A stretch of DNA of 64,000 nt from Camelus ferus (Eukaryota): NCBI RefSeq assembly GCF_009834535.1, contig NC_045696.1, positions 7,256,001 to 7,320,000 of the forward strand. The letters run 5' to 3'. This document shows, in pieces, positions 27,133-39,497 of this stretch. A program made the position numbers and the translations under genes. The notes under the pieces are model-generated. The model was not told the origin of the DNA and ran no database searches. It worked only from the letters and a program-made list of their open reading frames with translations. How positions within the stretch are numbered: position 1 is the first letter of the stretch; every line of letters begins with the position of its first letter.

Positions 27133-27318
27133 CCCGCACCCCCCGCTCGGGGTGTCCGCTCCCTGAGCCCGACCTGGGCCGCGATCAGCAGCAGCGACGG
27201 CAGCAGTCTCCCCGGATCCCCCCGCCGCTCTTGCCGCCGCCACCCCCGCCTCACTCCAATGGGGCTTTTTATTATTATTCGGGCGGGAAGCGAAAGGGTT
27301 TAAAAAAAAACCAACCAA

Positions 27319-27524
27319 CAAAATGGCGACGGACCGACCCGGTCGCTATAGCAACTGTCAATCAAAACGCAAAACCCCGGCTGACGTGCTGACGTCCTCC
27401 TCCCGCCCCCCGGCCCCAAGCCGGCGGGCGGGGCCTGTTACTCGGGCAACGGCAGATTCCGTTCCCTCCTTTCCCTCTCCCCCTCCGTCCTCAACCAACC
27501 ACCCAACCCACTCAGGTCACGTGA
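27319..27524. promoter_or_regulatory. Proximal promoter motif cluster: YY1, two RFX X-boxes, two CRE-like TGACGT, GC boxes, USF/TFE-type E-box
   Basis: CAAAATGGCGAC 27319-27330; GTCGCTATAGCAAC 27342-27355; TGACGT 27382-27387 and 27390-27395; GTTACTCGGGCAAC 27437-27450; GTCACGTGA 27516-27524. Confidence 0.7.
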
Positions 27525-29989
27525 AGGATAAATTCGGAGCTCGGGCTCGCTACGAGTGTCAGAGGAGGGCGCGTGATTCGCTCGGGGGAGGGGAGAGGAG
27601 GGGGACGGCCGGCCGAGGGAGGGAAGGGGAAGAGGAAGGGGGGCGAGGCGGCGGCCGGGCCTGTGCGCGAGCGCCCGCCGCCTCTCCGGCCTCCTGGCCG
27701 CGCCCCGCCCCGCGCCCGCGCCCGCGCCGACTGCGGCCCGGAGAGCGCGCGCGGCCTCCGCGCCGCCGTCCCCGGAGCCCCGCGCTTCCGCGTCGTGCGC
27801 CCGCAGCCCCGCCCGTGGCGGGGGGAGGGGACCGGGCTCTGCGGCCGCGCGGGGACCTGGGCAGCCCACCCCCGCGCGCCCGGGCTGGGGGCTCTCACCT
27901 TCATCCCCGGGCGGCCCGCCGGCCGCGGGGAGGCGGTCCGGGTGCGCACGTCCGCGCGTTTAAACTGTTTTTCCAAGGGCTCGCGTGCCTCCCTCGCCGG
28001 AAAATGCCCACGGAGGCCGCGGCTGGGGGTGGGGAAGAGGCCGCCTCCGTGTTTCAGACATCTCAGGAATTCCGGACGCTTCGCCCGAATCTGGGATGCC
28101 CCTGCAGCTGACACCTTGATCAAATCATGTCATTCGGTTTTTGCAGCAACCAATGCCAGCGTTCAGAAATTATGGACGGAGCCATCATAAAAACTTTTTT
28201 AGGCTGTGCACGCTCTCACAGGCTTCCCCACCGATTTCCAACCCCTCCCCACCTTTCTGGGCACAGCCTTCCTTCTGCACCGGAATACTCCTAGAATTAA
28301 TCCTTTTAAGCTATGACTATATCCTAGTCGTCCAACTCCCCGATTTTCCTTTTCATGCACCATCTCAGTTTGCAGATTCCTAATTCGCCCACAATTGTTC
28401 ATTCATATTCTGGCTTTGGTTTATCCTTATTCTGTCTATCCCTTCTGCCTGGCTAAATATCGCTAGGTGTGCTCCTCAGGCATTAAAATTCAGGTATGCC
28501 CATAGCCATGCTATGCTGGCTACTTTGTAATTTGTAGACAGCCGCTGGCTAAAAATTGTGTTTTGTACCAATCCTAGTAAAATGGCATCCAATGTTGTGC
28601 TAAAAAGGATACTATAGATATTATTTTACACCATCACTAATTTATTGATTGATTTCTACACTTGATTTTGCCATCTTGTGATAGTGTTCACATCAATTTT
28701 TTTCTTAAGCTTTAAATGTTCACAGGCAGATACAATCTTACAGGTGTAAAGAAAAACAACCTGGTAATAAATACTGATCTCTATCCTATATGACTCAAGG
28801 AAAAACACTTGAGTTTTTCCAACAAATGTTTGCCTCCTACAGTTACCAGAACCTTGATATACTAAGGCAACCATTCCAATTAGCACAGGCCATGAAAGAA
28901 AGCTGACTAAACCTAAGATAAAGAAGGCAAATAGCTTACTTTAGACTGATTCTCGTGGTATCAGAAGTTACCATAACTATCAAAAGTTTTTTTGGATGGC
29001 TGAGTTTTTCAAAATTGCCCTGCTAATGTAATTAAAGTCTACATTCAACTTCATTGTTTTGAAGGATGTGGCAGAGAATGTCCCCACTGGGGAGAGAGAA
29101 TGTCCCTACCTTGATTCCTCTCCAGCTCATACTTCACCGATACAACCAATTCCTTCCACCTGCCTGATTCTCTTGCTCCCCGCCCCTTCCAGCACAGTTC
29201 CACGTCTATCAGAAGGAACACTTACACATTTGCAACCTTTAACACTAAATTTGAGTCCATTTTTTATTGCTAGTAATGAAAGAAGCTTTCCTAATTAATC
29301 TTCTAGGTAATCTGAAAAGAATATGGCAGTGTCTCAAGAAATGTGACCTTGTCTTTTGGTCAAGTCAGTCTAGAAGATGATGTGGGTGAGGCAGAATCTG
29401 GAACTTAGAGTCACGCTGTAATTGAAGGCATTGCTTCGTACCTAGAAGGCTTCACCTTTTCTCCACTACCCTCCCCCACCCCCAATGTGACAGCCTTACA
29501 CAACATTGATCAATAAATGTCTTCAGCCCACATGTCTGGGCTGGAGTGCTGTAAAATGGTTTTACATAGGCTTCACCTAAAAAGTAACCTGTAAATTATG
29601 CTGGCCCCAAACAAGTGAACACATGTAGGCAGAAAGGACTCTGGTACAGACGCCAGTTTGGTCTTGACCAAGTTCAGTAACTAAATCCTTGCTGTCATCT
29701 AAGAATCTCCCCCATCAGATCCACTGACAGATGTCCTACAAATGTATCTATTCGTAGAAGTTAATCTCTAAAAGCAGAGACCCCCCCCCAAATCACAGAT
29801 AGTAACAGCCTCCAGCAATCCTCAGTGACATTACATCCCCATTATACCTGTGAGAAAACAGGTTCTGAGTAATTAAATAAACTTTCCCAAAGCCACACCA
29901 CCAGGAAGTGGTGAAGCCAAGATTTAAATTCATGTGTAATTGGAAAGCTTACGTTCTTTCTGCCACACCAAAATGATCCAAGATTATTT

Positions 29990-30348
29990 GGAGGCTGGGT
30001 TTGTACAGAGGTCATCAAGATGAGGTCATTGGAGTGAGCCCTAATCCAACATGACTGGGGTCCTTAAAAAAGGGGAAATTTGGAACACACACACACACAC
30101 ACACACACACACGAAGATGACGTGAAGACACAGGGAGAACACCATCTACAAGTCAAGGAACACCTGAGGCTTTCAGAAACTGGGAGAGAGGCTTAGAACA
30201 GACTCTCTCACAGCCTTCGAAGGACCCAACCTTGCCAACAACTCCATTTTGGACTTGTAGCCTGCAAAACTGTGAGACAATACATTTCTGTTGTCAAAGC
30301 CACCTGGTACGTGGTACTTGTAATGGCAGCCCTGGCAGATTAATGCAC
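29990..30348 (+). mobile_element. MaLR LTR (MLT1B/C-like) containing an (AC)14 microsatellite at 30085-30112
   Basis: gatgaggtcattggagtgagccctaatccaacatgactgg...aactgtgagacaatacatttctgttgt...atggcagccctggcagattaatgca. Confidence 0.85.
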
Positions 30349-30879
30349 AGATCCAAGCCAGGATGCCAGGTTTTTCACTTGGTTCCATATCTGTTTGTGA
30401 TCGCTCTTGGTGGTGCACTATACTGAGCCCAAAGGTTCAGTACCTGGAGCCCCACTGGGAGTTATAACCCAAACATTCCAAAAGTGAACACACCAACTAA
30501 TAATCCTGTTTTGCCCCTTACACCAGGTGGCAAGGTGTGCAATTTACAGCTCATGCCTGAACATTGGAGAGGCCAGAGTCTGACACCCCTTCTCTTCTCA
30601 CAGACTTCCGAGTGAAGGTTCTTGATTGTTCCCTGTACAAGCTTTATTGTTTGTTCTAACTTAAAAGTAATTCATATATATTAACCAGATTAAAAAGAAA
30701 CAAAATAGATTAAAACAAGAGAGGGCCCTTATTTAAGCTAACAACTATTGTATGCTGTATGAACTCAGAAGTTAATGCTCACTTCTCTACTGTTGAGGTC
30801 CAAAACCAAAAAACTAAAAGGAACATATGGTCATTACAGACAGCTTTACAATATGGAAACCAATAAAGAGGTAAAGATT

Positions 30880-31045
30880 ATGCAAAGATATGCCTTTTGC
30901 CTTTTTTTACTTACAGTTATGTTGTGAACACATTTTTGTGTTAATCAACCAAAATTTAGTTAATTATTTTAAAAGCTACAAGTATTCCATCAGTTGAATG
31001 GGCTATAATTCATTGAACTGCCCCTCTATTTTTTTAGGGAAGTTT

Positions 31046-31085
<40 letters not shown>

Positions 31086-31390
31086 ATTACAAATAAAGCT
31101 GCATCAACATCACATGTATACATTTTACATACCTGTCCAGTTATTGCTTTCGGATAAGGGCACGTATCCTTAAAGAGCTTGATTCACGTTGCCAAAATAT
31201 CCCTCATGAATGATTTCACCAATTTGCAGTCCTGAAAGTAGTATGTGAGAGAGAATTTTCCTGACACTCTACCACACTCTCTTGTTTTAATTTGCATTTC
31301 TTTAACCATTTCCTGTGTTCTTTTTTTAATATACGTTTATCGGCTGTCTGTGCTCTGCTTGTGTGTATCCCATGTCCATTTTGGGGAGAA
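30880..31390 (-). mobile_element. Old L1ME-like fragment containing a T32 run (31051-31082)
   Basis: ttttgctattacaaataaagctgcatcaacatc...ttttaatttgcatttcttt. Confidence 0.6.
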
Positions 31391-31861
31391 AGAGGTGTCA
31401 TGTTTTTATTGATTTCTTTTTCTTTTTTTATATTACTGCTGAAAAAGAAGGAGGGGGAGGAGGAGAAGGAGAAAGAAAGGAGGGAAGAAAACTGGAAGGC
31501 CATGTGCTGTTGTTAGGCTAGTGTACAATGTCAACACCAGACATCCACCCCTAATCAGTTCATCTGTGGCCATCCTCAAGTGGATCTTCGCCCCCACTCT
31601 CAGCCTCACTGCCCTCATCCTCCCTACCTCCTCCGAACCAGGCACCCGGACCAAGTGCTCTGCTGCCATTCTCCTAGCATCGTAAGTTTGCCTACAGGGT
31701 TGGTTTATGTCAAGATGTGGTTCTAATGGTGCCATTTTTAAAAAGGAGGCCAATACAACATTCATTGCTTTGCTAACATGTAAGAATGTTTACCAGTGTG
31801 ACTTAGAAACTATCATTAGCATTTTCTTTTCCTGTGACATCAAGATAAAACTTTAATATGA

Positions 31862-32250
31862 CTCAGCCATAAAAAATAATAGAATAATTCCATTTGCGGC
31901 AACATAGATGGCCCTGGAGAATGTCATTCTAAGTGAAGTAAGCCAGAAAAGAGAAAGAAAAATACCATAAGAAATCACTTATACGTGGAATCTTACCAAA
32001 AAAGACAAATGAACTTATTTACAAAACAGAAACAGACTCATAGGCATAGAAAACAAACTTACAGTTACCGGGGAAGGGGAGGGGGTGGGAAGGGATAAAT
32101 TGGGAGTTGGAAATTTGCAGCTACTAACTACTATGTATGAAATAGATGAACAAGTTTCTTCTGCATAGCACAAGGAACTATATTCAATATCTTGTAGTAA
32201 CCTATAATGAAAAAGGAATATGAAAATGAATGAAAAAAAAGAAAAGAAAT
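31862..32250 (+). mobile_element. Younger (cetartiodactyl/camelid-type) L1 3' end
   Basis: ccatttgcggcaacatagatggccctggagaatgtcattctaagtgaagtaagccag...acagactcataggcatagaaaacaaactt...gggataaattgggag. Confidence 0.85.
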
Positions 32251-35200
32251 AATCAAGTTGGAGTATCCAAAGTACAGAAACCATTTCCAAAAAAATTAAT
32301 TAATTAAAAAAAATAAAGGTTGAGTAGAAAATGTGAGATTGTGCCTTAAATTGTATATTCGCACTATTTGGAGATATTGTGAAACAGTATTGTGCAACAT
32401 TTTGGCAAGACTTGAAAAGAAATACACTGTAATATATTGATTCATACATATATAATAGCTCCCTCAAAATTAACAGGTTGAAGAAAAATGCCCTAATGAA
32501 ACTGTGAAAAACAATTAAGTACATGGAATTGAAAATTATGTGGGAAGCACAGAAATCTACAAAGGTCAGTTACTTCAATGGTTTGTTAACTCATTAATTT
32601 TTGAGAATTTTGGCTATTTTCTTGGCATTTTAATATAGGTATGTAGTGCACATCATTTAATATTTCTACATTATTTTCTGATATGTGTATTTACTGCTAC
32701 TGTCTTCATCATTTTTCCTATGTTTGTTTCAATTCAAAGCTTCAATTCAATTCTAAAGCTATGTGGTAGCAGTGATACTACTTTATAATATTGTATTTGC
32801 ATTCCTGTTTCTAAACTAGAAGTGCTTTTAGGGCAAGGATCCTATAGGTTCATCTTTGTATCACTGGTACCATTTCTGGCTCACCATAAATACTGTCCTG
32901 TTCTGTATTTCTAAATGAATGATGATCTCCTGCTATGTTCTTCCTATTTTCCTCCATCCTATGTGAAGTTTTTGGCAATTATAAAACTTTAGGGGCAACT
33001 TAGTGGTTTGTATAGAAGCAGGAAATATTCTCCTCCAATCTCAAAATGGATAGAATTTCTCGAGCACCAGAGGAAAGATTGTTGCAGTCAGAAAAGCTGG
33101 AAGAAGAAAATTCCACTGAAGAGATTCATTAATGTTAGTGATTACCACGGAGCTAGTTCTGTTTCAGCAGTGTTTCTCAAACCAGTGTCCCCTCACCGTC
33201 TGCAGCACACCCCTGGTATTTGCAGTTTGAGAACCTATAGATTATAGGCATTCTCATTGGACAGAGGTAGGCAAGAACTTTCTGTGGCTGAGTCTTTTAG
33301 CTTCTATATCACAGGTATAAATATAATAGCCTTCTACCTGCTTGTACTGTTCGCAGCTTAAGGGCAGAGGCAAACAGCCAAACCATTTATGAAGGACAGC
33401 GTACATCCCTGCCCATTCTCATGTCTGAATGCACTTCCAGAATTTTAAAAGCAAAAATTATTTCTTATGTTTCCTTTTTAAATCTATAACATACAGAATG
33501 TAAAGAATAAGACAAAAGGGACAACTAATCCCATGAGCATGACTGTTTATTTTAAAAGTAAAAACAATTCAAGCATATGGTTCGAAAAATCCAAACAGAA
33601 TAGAAAAGAATGAAATAAAGAGTCAACGCCCCGTCTCAGCCTCAGGTCTCCGTTCTCCTACACCCGCCTCCTCAGGACTGTAGAGGACTCTTTCTCAAAT
33701 TCAGTATCATGTCATTGCCTGCTGAACACCTCAAGGGCTCTCATGGCTTTGGGGATGACAGACCTACTCCTCAGTCTGTCACCCCATCCTTTCATGATCT
33801 AATGCCTCAGGCTTTCTTGGTGGGGGCTTCCCTGCTCGAGGCCCCGAGAACACTGTTCTCTCCCCTGGAGGGCCCCGTTCCGTTTCCCTTATCGAGGCAT
33901 TTCTTTTCCTGCATTTTCATTGTCGGTTTCCTTTTCCATCTGCCAGGAGGAAAGGAGGCTCTTCAAGGGCAGAGACCTAACACACTTGGCTTTTTTTACC
34001 CCCATGCTTGGCATATACTGGGAACCAAATCAATATTTTTCTAAGAAGGGCGCCATCGTAGAATTGCAAAACAGCAAGAGCTGGCCCCAATAGGCAGGCA
34101 GCTAAAACTAGGAAACAGTTAAAAGCAAGAGGAACACGCTTCCTTCTGGGCTCCAAAGGGGGTGGCCATCTGCTTCCGGCCTTCCCCTCCCTCCCACGGT
34201 GGACACAGGCTTCCTGCAGATTGGGAAGGAGCCTGAAGGGGAGAGTTATAAACCCAGAGGAAGGGATTCCTGGACCATTGAATGAGGGTGCTTATCGGGG
34301 GGTGGGGCACTATCATGGGACCCTCTGACTTGCTTTGGTAGGAAGGCTTGGTTGGGAAGGGGCCCCCGGAAGTGCAGCTGGGAGTAGGTCACCCAGAGAG
34401 GATGCTAAGCACCTCCTGCAGCCAAAAGGGAACCTGATATTTCCTTCTAGATTGCCTAGCCTCCCCTCCCCACAAAAAAACTAAGGAGAAGGCAAGGATT
34501 CAGGGTGGACGCTAGAAACAGGAATCAATTCCTGGGCTACGAGCTTTCCAGCTAGACAGAGTGGAGGCTCAAAGCCCAGTGCTCAGGGGTTCTGAGTCGG
34601 CAGGGTCGGAGGTACAGATAAGCCAGAGGGCTGATTTGGCAGGTGAATTAATTCACACCACCAGGAAAGGGGGCCCTGTCCTGAGCAGAAGACACCTGAG
34701 ACATCATAGGATCATAGGATGCTAGAGTGGGAAGGAGCCCCGCCCTCACATGTCAAAACCCTAATCATGAAGTCACTGCTACGGCTTGGAAAGGTCACAC
34801 AGGAGACCTTACCTGTTAGCTGCGCAGTGACATTCTGTTCACATGAGTCACTGGGGACACTTTCACTTTCCTGCAGTGAAGCAGGGCATAGACAAAGTCC
34901 TGTGAGTCTGAACTTTCAAGAAGGGACTGGTGACCTTAATGGGGTAATAATAGCAACTGGAAAAAACAGTGGTTGTTGGGACTGAGAATGTGGGCCTTTA
35001 GCCTAGCTCAACGACCCCCAGCCACAGGAACTAGGGCGGCTTACTGAACCTTTCTGAATCTGTTGTCTTGTAAAAGGGGATTCTTTCTAATACTTTATGA
35101 ACTGTTAATCATTAGAGAAATAGAGGGCCCTGATATAAATAATAATAAATAACAAGAGAATGGCCTCCAAATGTTTGCTTTTGAAGCCTTTCCCAAGACC

Positions 35201-36416
35201 CCTCCCCTTCCAAAATAAATAAATATACAAATTATTTCTTCCATGTTCTCCAAACTCTCGGGATCTTTCTACTGTAAATGTAAGTGATTTTTAGCCAAAT
35301 TTAAACATCTTCATGAGCTGGAAATTCACTACCTCCTGAAGCTGCCCAGACCTGCCTTCGCCACACCATGAACTAACTTTACACACCATGAACTGATCAC
35401 CCCACGGTTCCCACCCACTCTTTCGAAATCTTCCCTTTTGGGACCACACAAAGCAAGTCTCACTCCTCTTCCAAATGCTGGCCTTCAAAGATTGGAAAAA
35501 AGCTGTGATTTTCCTACCTGAATCTAGTCTATCGCACACTAAATGCCTCCTTTCCTGTTAACATTTGCCCAAGCTAACCCGCCATCCTTCGTGGGACTCC
35601 TTTGCAAGACATCCTTAAGTTGAAATGCTGGAAACAACCTAAAAGTCCAGCAGTGGAGGCTCGACTAAAAATTGTAGCAAATCATGTCAAAATAGAACAC
35701 ATAATAAAGGAATAAATAAATAAATCAGTAGATTTTGTAATAAAAAGTATATGTATTAAAATAAATGTTTATAATATTAATCACAGGGTGGTACAATAAT
35801 ATAGGTGATACTTATTATTTTTTTGACTTTTTCAAATTTTCTACAAGTACTGGTAAACAGCAAAAAAATTGACCTATGTCCTTACAATTTTTAACCAAAT
35901 GTCCCAGGTTCTAAATCTTTGGAATATCATAAAATAGGCTTCTTCTCACTTACTTCAGAAATGACCATGAAGCAGTAAGCTCAGAATACAAGGAGCCTAG
36001 CAGGTATCCAGCAAGTATTTATTTCCCTCTTTATTTCCCTAAGTTCTCGAAAACTAGTCTCACATCCTCCCTTCTCATTAAAATGTAAGTGTGTGTTCTG
36101 CGCAGACAGCCTGATGACTGCTGGAGATATAAAAATGAATCAGGTTGGGTTCCAGTCCTGATGGAGTCTAAGACCAGCGTAGAAGACCAGCAGAGAGAAG
36201 TAAACTATAACATGATCAGTTCTGGGGAAGAAACGAAGCAGTAGATGAACCTTCTCTGGAGAATCCCGGACCTGTGGTCTGAAGCTTGCCAGCCTTTATA
36301 CCCTTTTGGGTTCATCTTTGGGTTCCAGCTTTAATCTTGTGACATGGAATGACTGCCAGTGAGTGGACATGAGGATCAGAGGAGGAAGAAAAAGTTTATG
36401 TAAAGATTGTTTCCCA

Positions 36417-36960
36417 TGAAGGACTTCAGGACATGCCAACCCAAAATATGCTGCTTTGTCTTATTGATTATTTTGAGCTGAAGCCACTGGAAAAACAGCA
36501 AATGCATGGAGGAGCCTTCTCTGACCTCCCCTTATCTGCCTAAAGTCAGATCCTCCAAAAGAAACTCAAATGTCATAAATCCCCTCTCCAGGAGTGCCAT
36601 CAACAGGGAAGACTGACCCTTATGCCAGCAGAAAAGACTAGAAGTCAGCATCACACCCAAACTTTCTCACAAACTATCACATCCCCCATCTGTTCCTCTC
36701 TGGGCTCTTTCAGCTTTTCTGAAAATCATTTGCTTTCCCCTAGGGTAGCTACATCCCCCATCCTTTCCCCTACTAAGGAGACACATAAGTGCTCAAATTT
36801 TACTGAGTATTCGCTTTTTCCCTATGATACCCTGTGGGTAATATTAAAAATGAATAAATGTGTACCCCTTTTCTGCTCTCAATCTGCCTGTTGTCAGTTT
36901 ATTTCAAAGACCCAGCTATTAAACCTAGGAAGATGTAGGGAAAGCCCCTCCTCCCCTACA
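36417..36960 (+). mobile_element. ERV1 solo LTR, MER34-like (copy A)
   Basis: TGAAGGACTTCAGGACATGCCAACCCAAAATATG...GATTATTTTGAGCTGAAG start, AATAAA at ~36853, end CTCCCCTACA; 544 bp. Confidence 0.75.
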
Positions 36961-37787
36961 GGGGAATCTCCAGGTTCAAGACTGTTGGCGGTAGCAGGCT
37001 GCCTTTATTGCTGGTGTTATTTCCTTCAAATTGCTGCAAACATTTTGTATATTCTCTCTCGAGACCTAACAGAAGGAAGGCAGAAGAGGTGGGGAGAGCC
37101 CTGAACGAGGCATCAGGTGGCCTGTCTCCTCCCACTCTGCAGTTAAGTGGGTCACCTTGAGGCAAATCTCATAGCCCTTCTAGGCTGCCATTTTTAAATC
37201 CTTGAGAAGGACAGAAGTAGGGGTGTAGATTGACTCATCTCTCAAATTCTTTACTCCCCAAAACTCAGTGAGCTGGTTCCTGAAACTTTGGAGGTAAGCA
37301 AGAAACAATATTTATTGCATGATTTTACTAACATCATGTTGAATACCTGGCTGGGTACCGACTTGACAGTGTTTCCCCATCTTCCTTTCCTTAAACGATC
37401 TACTCTCTAATTGCTTTTTGTCTCCTGAATGGGTATAAAGGAAATATCCAGTTTTTTTCTTTCTTGGCTTACAGCCATGACTTCTTGTCCCAGAGGTTTG
37501 TGAGCCTGCGAATAATTATCTGGTTTAACTTGAGGATGCCTTGAAGGTAATAACGTGCATTGCTCACAGGTCAGCGTTGCCTGTACTTCCTGTGTAAAGC
37601 TCTCCCCTTCTAAAACAGTCTGCAATGATAACATTACCAACAGGACTGCTCCAAATTTACACAGAAACTTCCTCCAGAGTGTCTTTCAGGTTTCTTATAC
37701 CAGTGATCAACACAGGCTTTAGCAAGGAGTAAGGACAAGGAACTATGCTCAGTAATGTTGGAGGGGCTCTTCAAAATCGTTTTCTCA
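36845..37787 (+). repeat. Local duplication, copy 1 (~943 bp)
   Basis: Near-identical to 48655-49598 at constant offset 11,810; about 9 substitutions counted by eye. Confidence 0.95.
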
Positions 37788-37789
37788 CC

Positions 37790-39260
37790 CCACATTTCAT
37801 TTTCCAGTTAATTTGTGGCAAACATGTAGAAAGAACTGATTTTTATATATTGACCATTTACCTCACAGTTTGGCTTAATTCACTGGTTAGTTTAATAGAT
37901 TGTCAATCCCTTTGGATTTCCTGTGTACACAACCATCTTATCTGTTAATAATACTTTTACTTCATTTTCAAACTGTATGCTTTTTTTTCCCCCATTATTG
38001 TACAAACTTGAACCTCCAGTATAATGTTGAATATGAGTGGTGATAGCAAACATTTTTGTATGGTCTGATCCTAGATGGAAAAGCATTCAGCATTTCACAA
38101 GTCAGAATTTTGTATATTAGCCATAAGTTTTTGCAGATACCCTTATCAAATGGAGGAAGTTTCCTTCTGTTCCTGCTTAACTGGGTGTTTCTGCCATGAG
38201 TAGGTATTGATTTTCACTAAGTGACTTTTCTGCATGTGTTGAGATTGACCTTCTTTATTTTGCTAGTAAATTTTTGTTAATAATACTGAATACTTTCTTT
38301 AAGATTTTTGTGTTCATCGGAAATATTGGTCTTTAACTCTTTCCTTATAATGTTTTTTTAATCAGGTTAGGCTATTAAAGTTATGCTGTCCACGTAAAAT
38401 GCATGAGGAAATATCCCCTTTTTCTTCTTCCTGTGAAAGAGTTATAAAAGATTAGTATGACTTCTCCATTAAATTTTTGAAAGAATTTACCAGTGAAGTC
38501 AGTTGGGACTGAAGATTTTATAGAGGGACTGTTTTTAATAACAGACTCCATTTCTTCAACAAGTATGAGCAAATTCAGTTATTATACTCCTTCTTGTATT
38601 AGCCTTTGATAAATTGATTTTTTTCAAAAAAATTTCTCCGTTTCATCTAACTTGTCAAATTTATTGACACTGTATGAGAAAGTTGTTCTTAATTCCCTCG
38701 TATTGTCCTTTTTATATCTGTAGGATCTGTGGTGATATCTCAGTACTTATCAGTCTTATAAACATATTATTTTTATTCATCTTTTCTAAAGAGCAGCTCA
38801 TAGTCTTGTTGGTTCTTATCAATTGCAAGACTGTTTTTCCACTTCATTGTTTTCCACTGTTATTTAAAGTATGTCTTTTTCTCTACTTTTTTGAGGGGTT
38901 AAATTTGGTCTTATTCTTCTAGCTTTTTCAAGTGGAAGGTTAGGTAATTAACTTTCAACTTTTCTTCTAGTTTATGCATTAGAACAATAAATTCCCTTGT
39001 TAAGCGCTGCTCTGGCTCTATCCCACCCATGTTGATAGATTATATTTTAATTATTATTTCAAGTCAAAATATTTTAATCCGTTATGCTTTTTCTCTAACA
39101 CATGGGTTATTTAGGAATAATATTAGCTTAATATTTACATATTACTAGTTAGTTTTTGTTACTGATTTCAACTTTAATTCCATGGTAGTTAGAGAACATT
39201 CTCACTGTGATTTCAATCTTTTGAAATTTGTTAAGACTTGACTTGCTTTATGGTTCACTG
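37790..39260 (-). mobile_element. Old L1 ORF2 fragment
   Basis: aacctccagtataatgttgaatatgagtggtgatagcaaacat...ttatcaaatggaggaagtttccttctgttcct...gaatttaccagtgaagtcagttgggactg. Confidence 0.8.
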
Positions 39261-39497
39261 TATGAGAAAGGTAATGAATACACTGACTGATCTATTCAGT
39301 CTACCTTGGGCATCCTCACCATTGTGTCCACCACCAGTCATGGTAAGTGCCAGAGCCTATGTCGCATGGGAGTTTGCCTCTTCGCTCCTCCTACAGTCTG
39401 TGGGACAGCTTCATTCATGATGACATCTCTCACCCACTCCACACAAGAACGGACATTTGAAAAATAAGATGCGGCTACTTTAACATGTAAAAACATG

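Larger units (their letters stand above)
1..27240 (-). other. USP9X: 5' part of a minus-strand gene (non-coding exon 1 plus at least 26 kb of intron 1); tentatively USP9X
   Basis: CpG-island promoter, AUG-free first exon, perfect donor at 26471/26470, no coding exon seen in the next 26 kb, and no gene in the 36 kb upstream. The exon end (GAGACTCACCGGAGGGAGCGGCGTGAGCGCCCCGCCATCGTCCCG|GTGAG, minus strand) and the architecture resemble USP9X as I recall it. No coding sequence is present to confirm this, so the symbol is tentative. Confidence 0.45.
26471..27240 (-). other. Non-coding first exon (5' UTR); 5' boundary/TSS approximate
   Basis: Ends at CCG|GTGAGT (plus strand ACTCAC-CGG, 26465-26473). 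No CAT on the plus strand between 26471 and ~27260, so no AUG in the transcript. Lies inside the CpG island, downstream of a promoter motif cluster. Confidence 0.75.
25900..28110. promoter_or_regulatory. CpG island / promoter region
   Basis: Very high GC and dense CpG against an AT-rich, CpG-depleted background; many GGGCGG boxes. Confidence 0.95.

Noticed and set aside
25775..27166. 463-aa plus-strand ORF with poly-Q/R and TH repeats
   Set aside because: GTG start, Pro/Arg/Ala low complexity, no domain; stop codons are simply rare in a CpG island, and the repeats come from microsatellites
25825..28190. Other overlapping 100-260 aa ORFs on both strands
   Set aside because: Several frames are open at once in GC-rich DNA, mostly with non-ATG starts and no recognisable protein
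36622..37104. 160-aa ORF, partly repeated at 48660-48914
   Set aside because: Lies in an LTR and its flank; the repetition is explained by the DNA duplication
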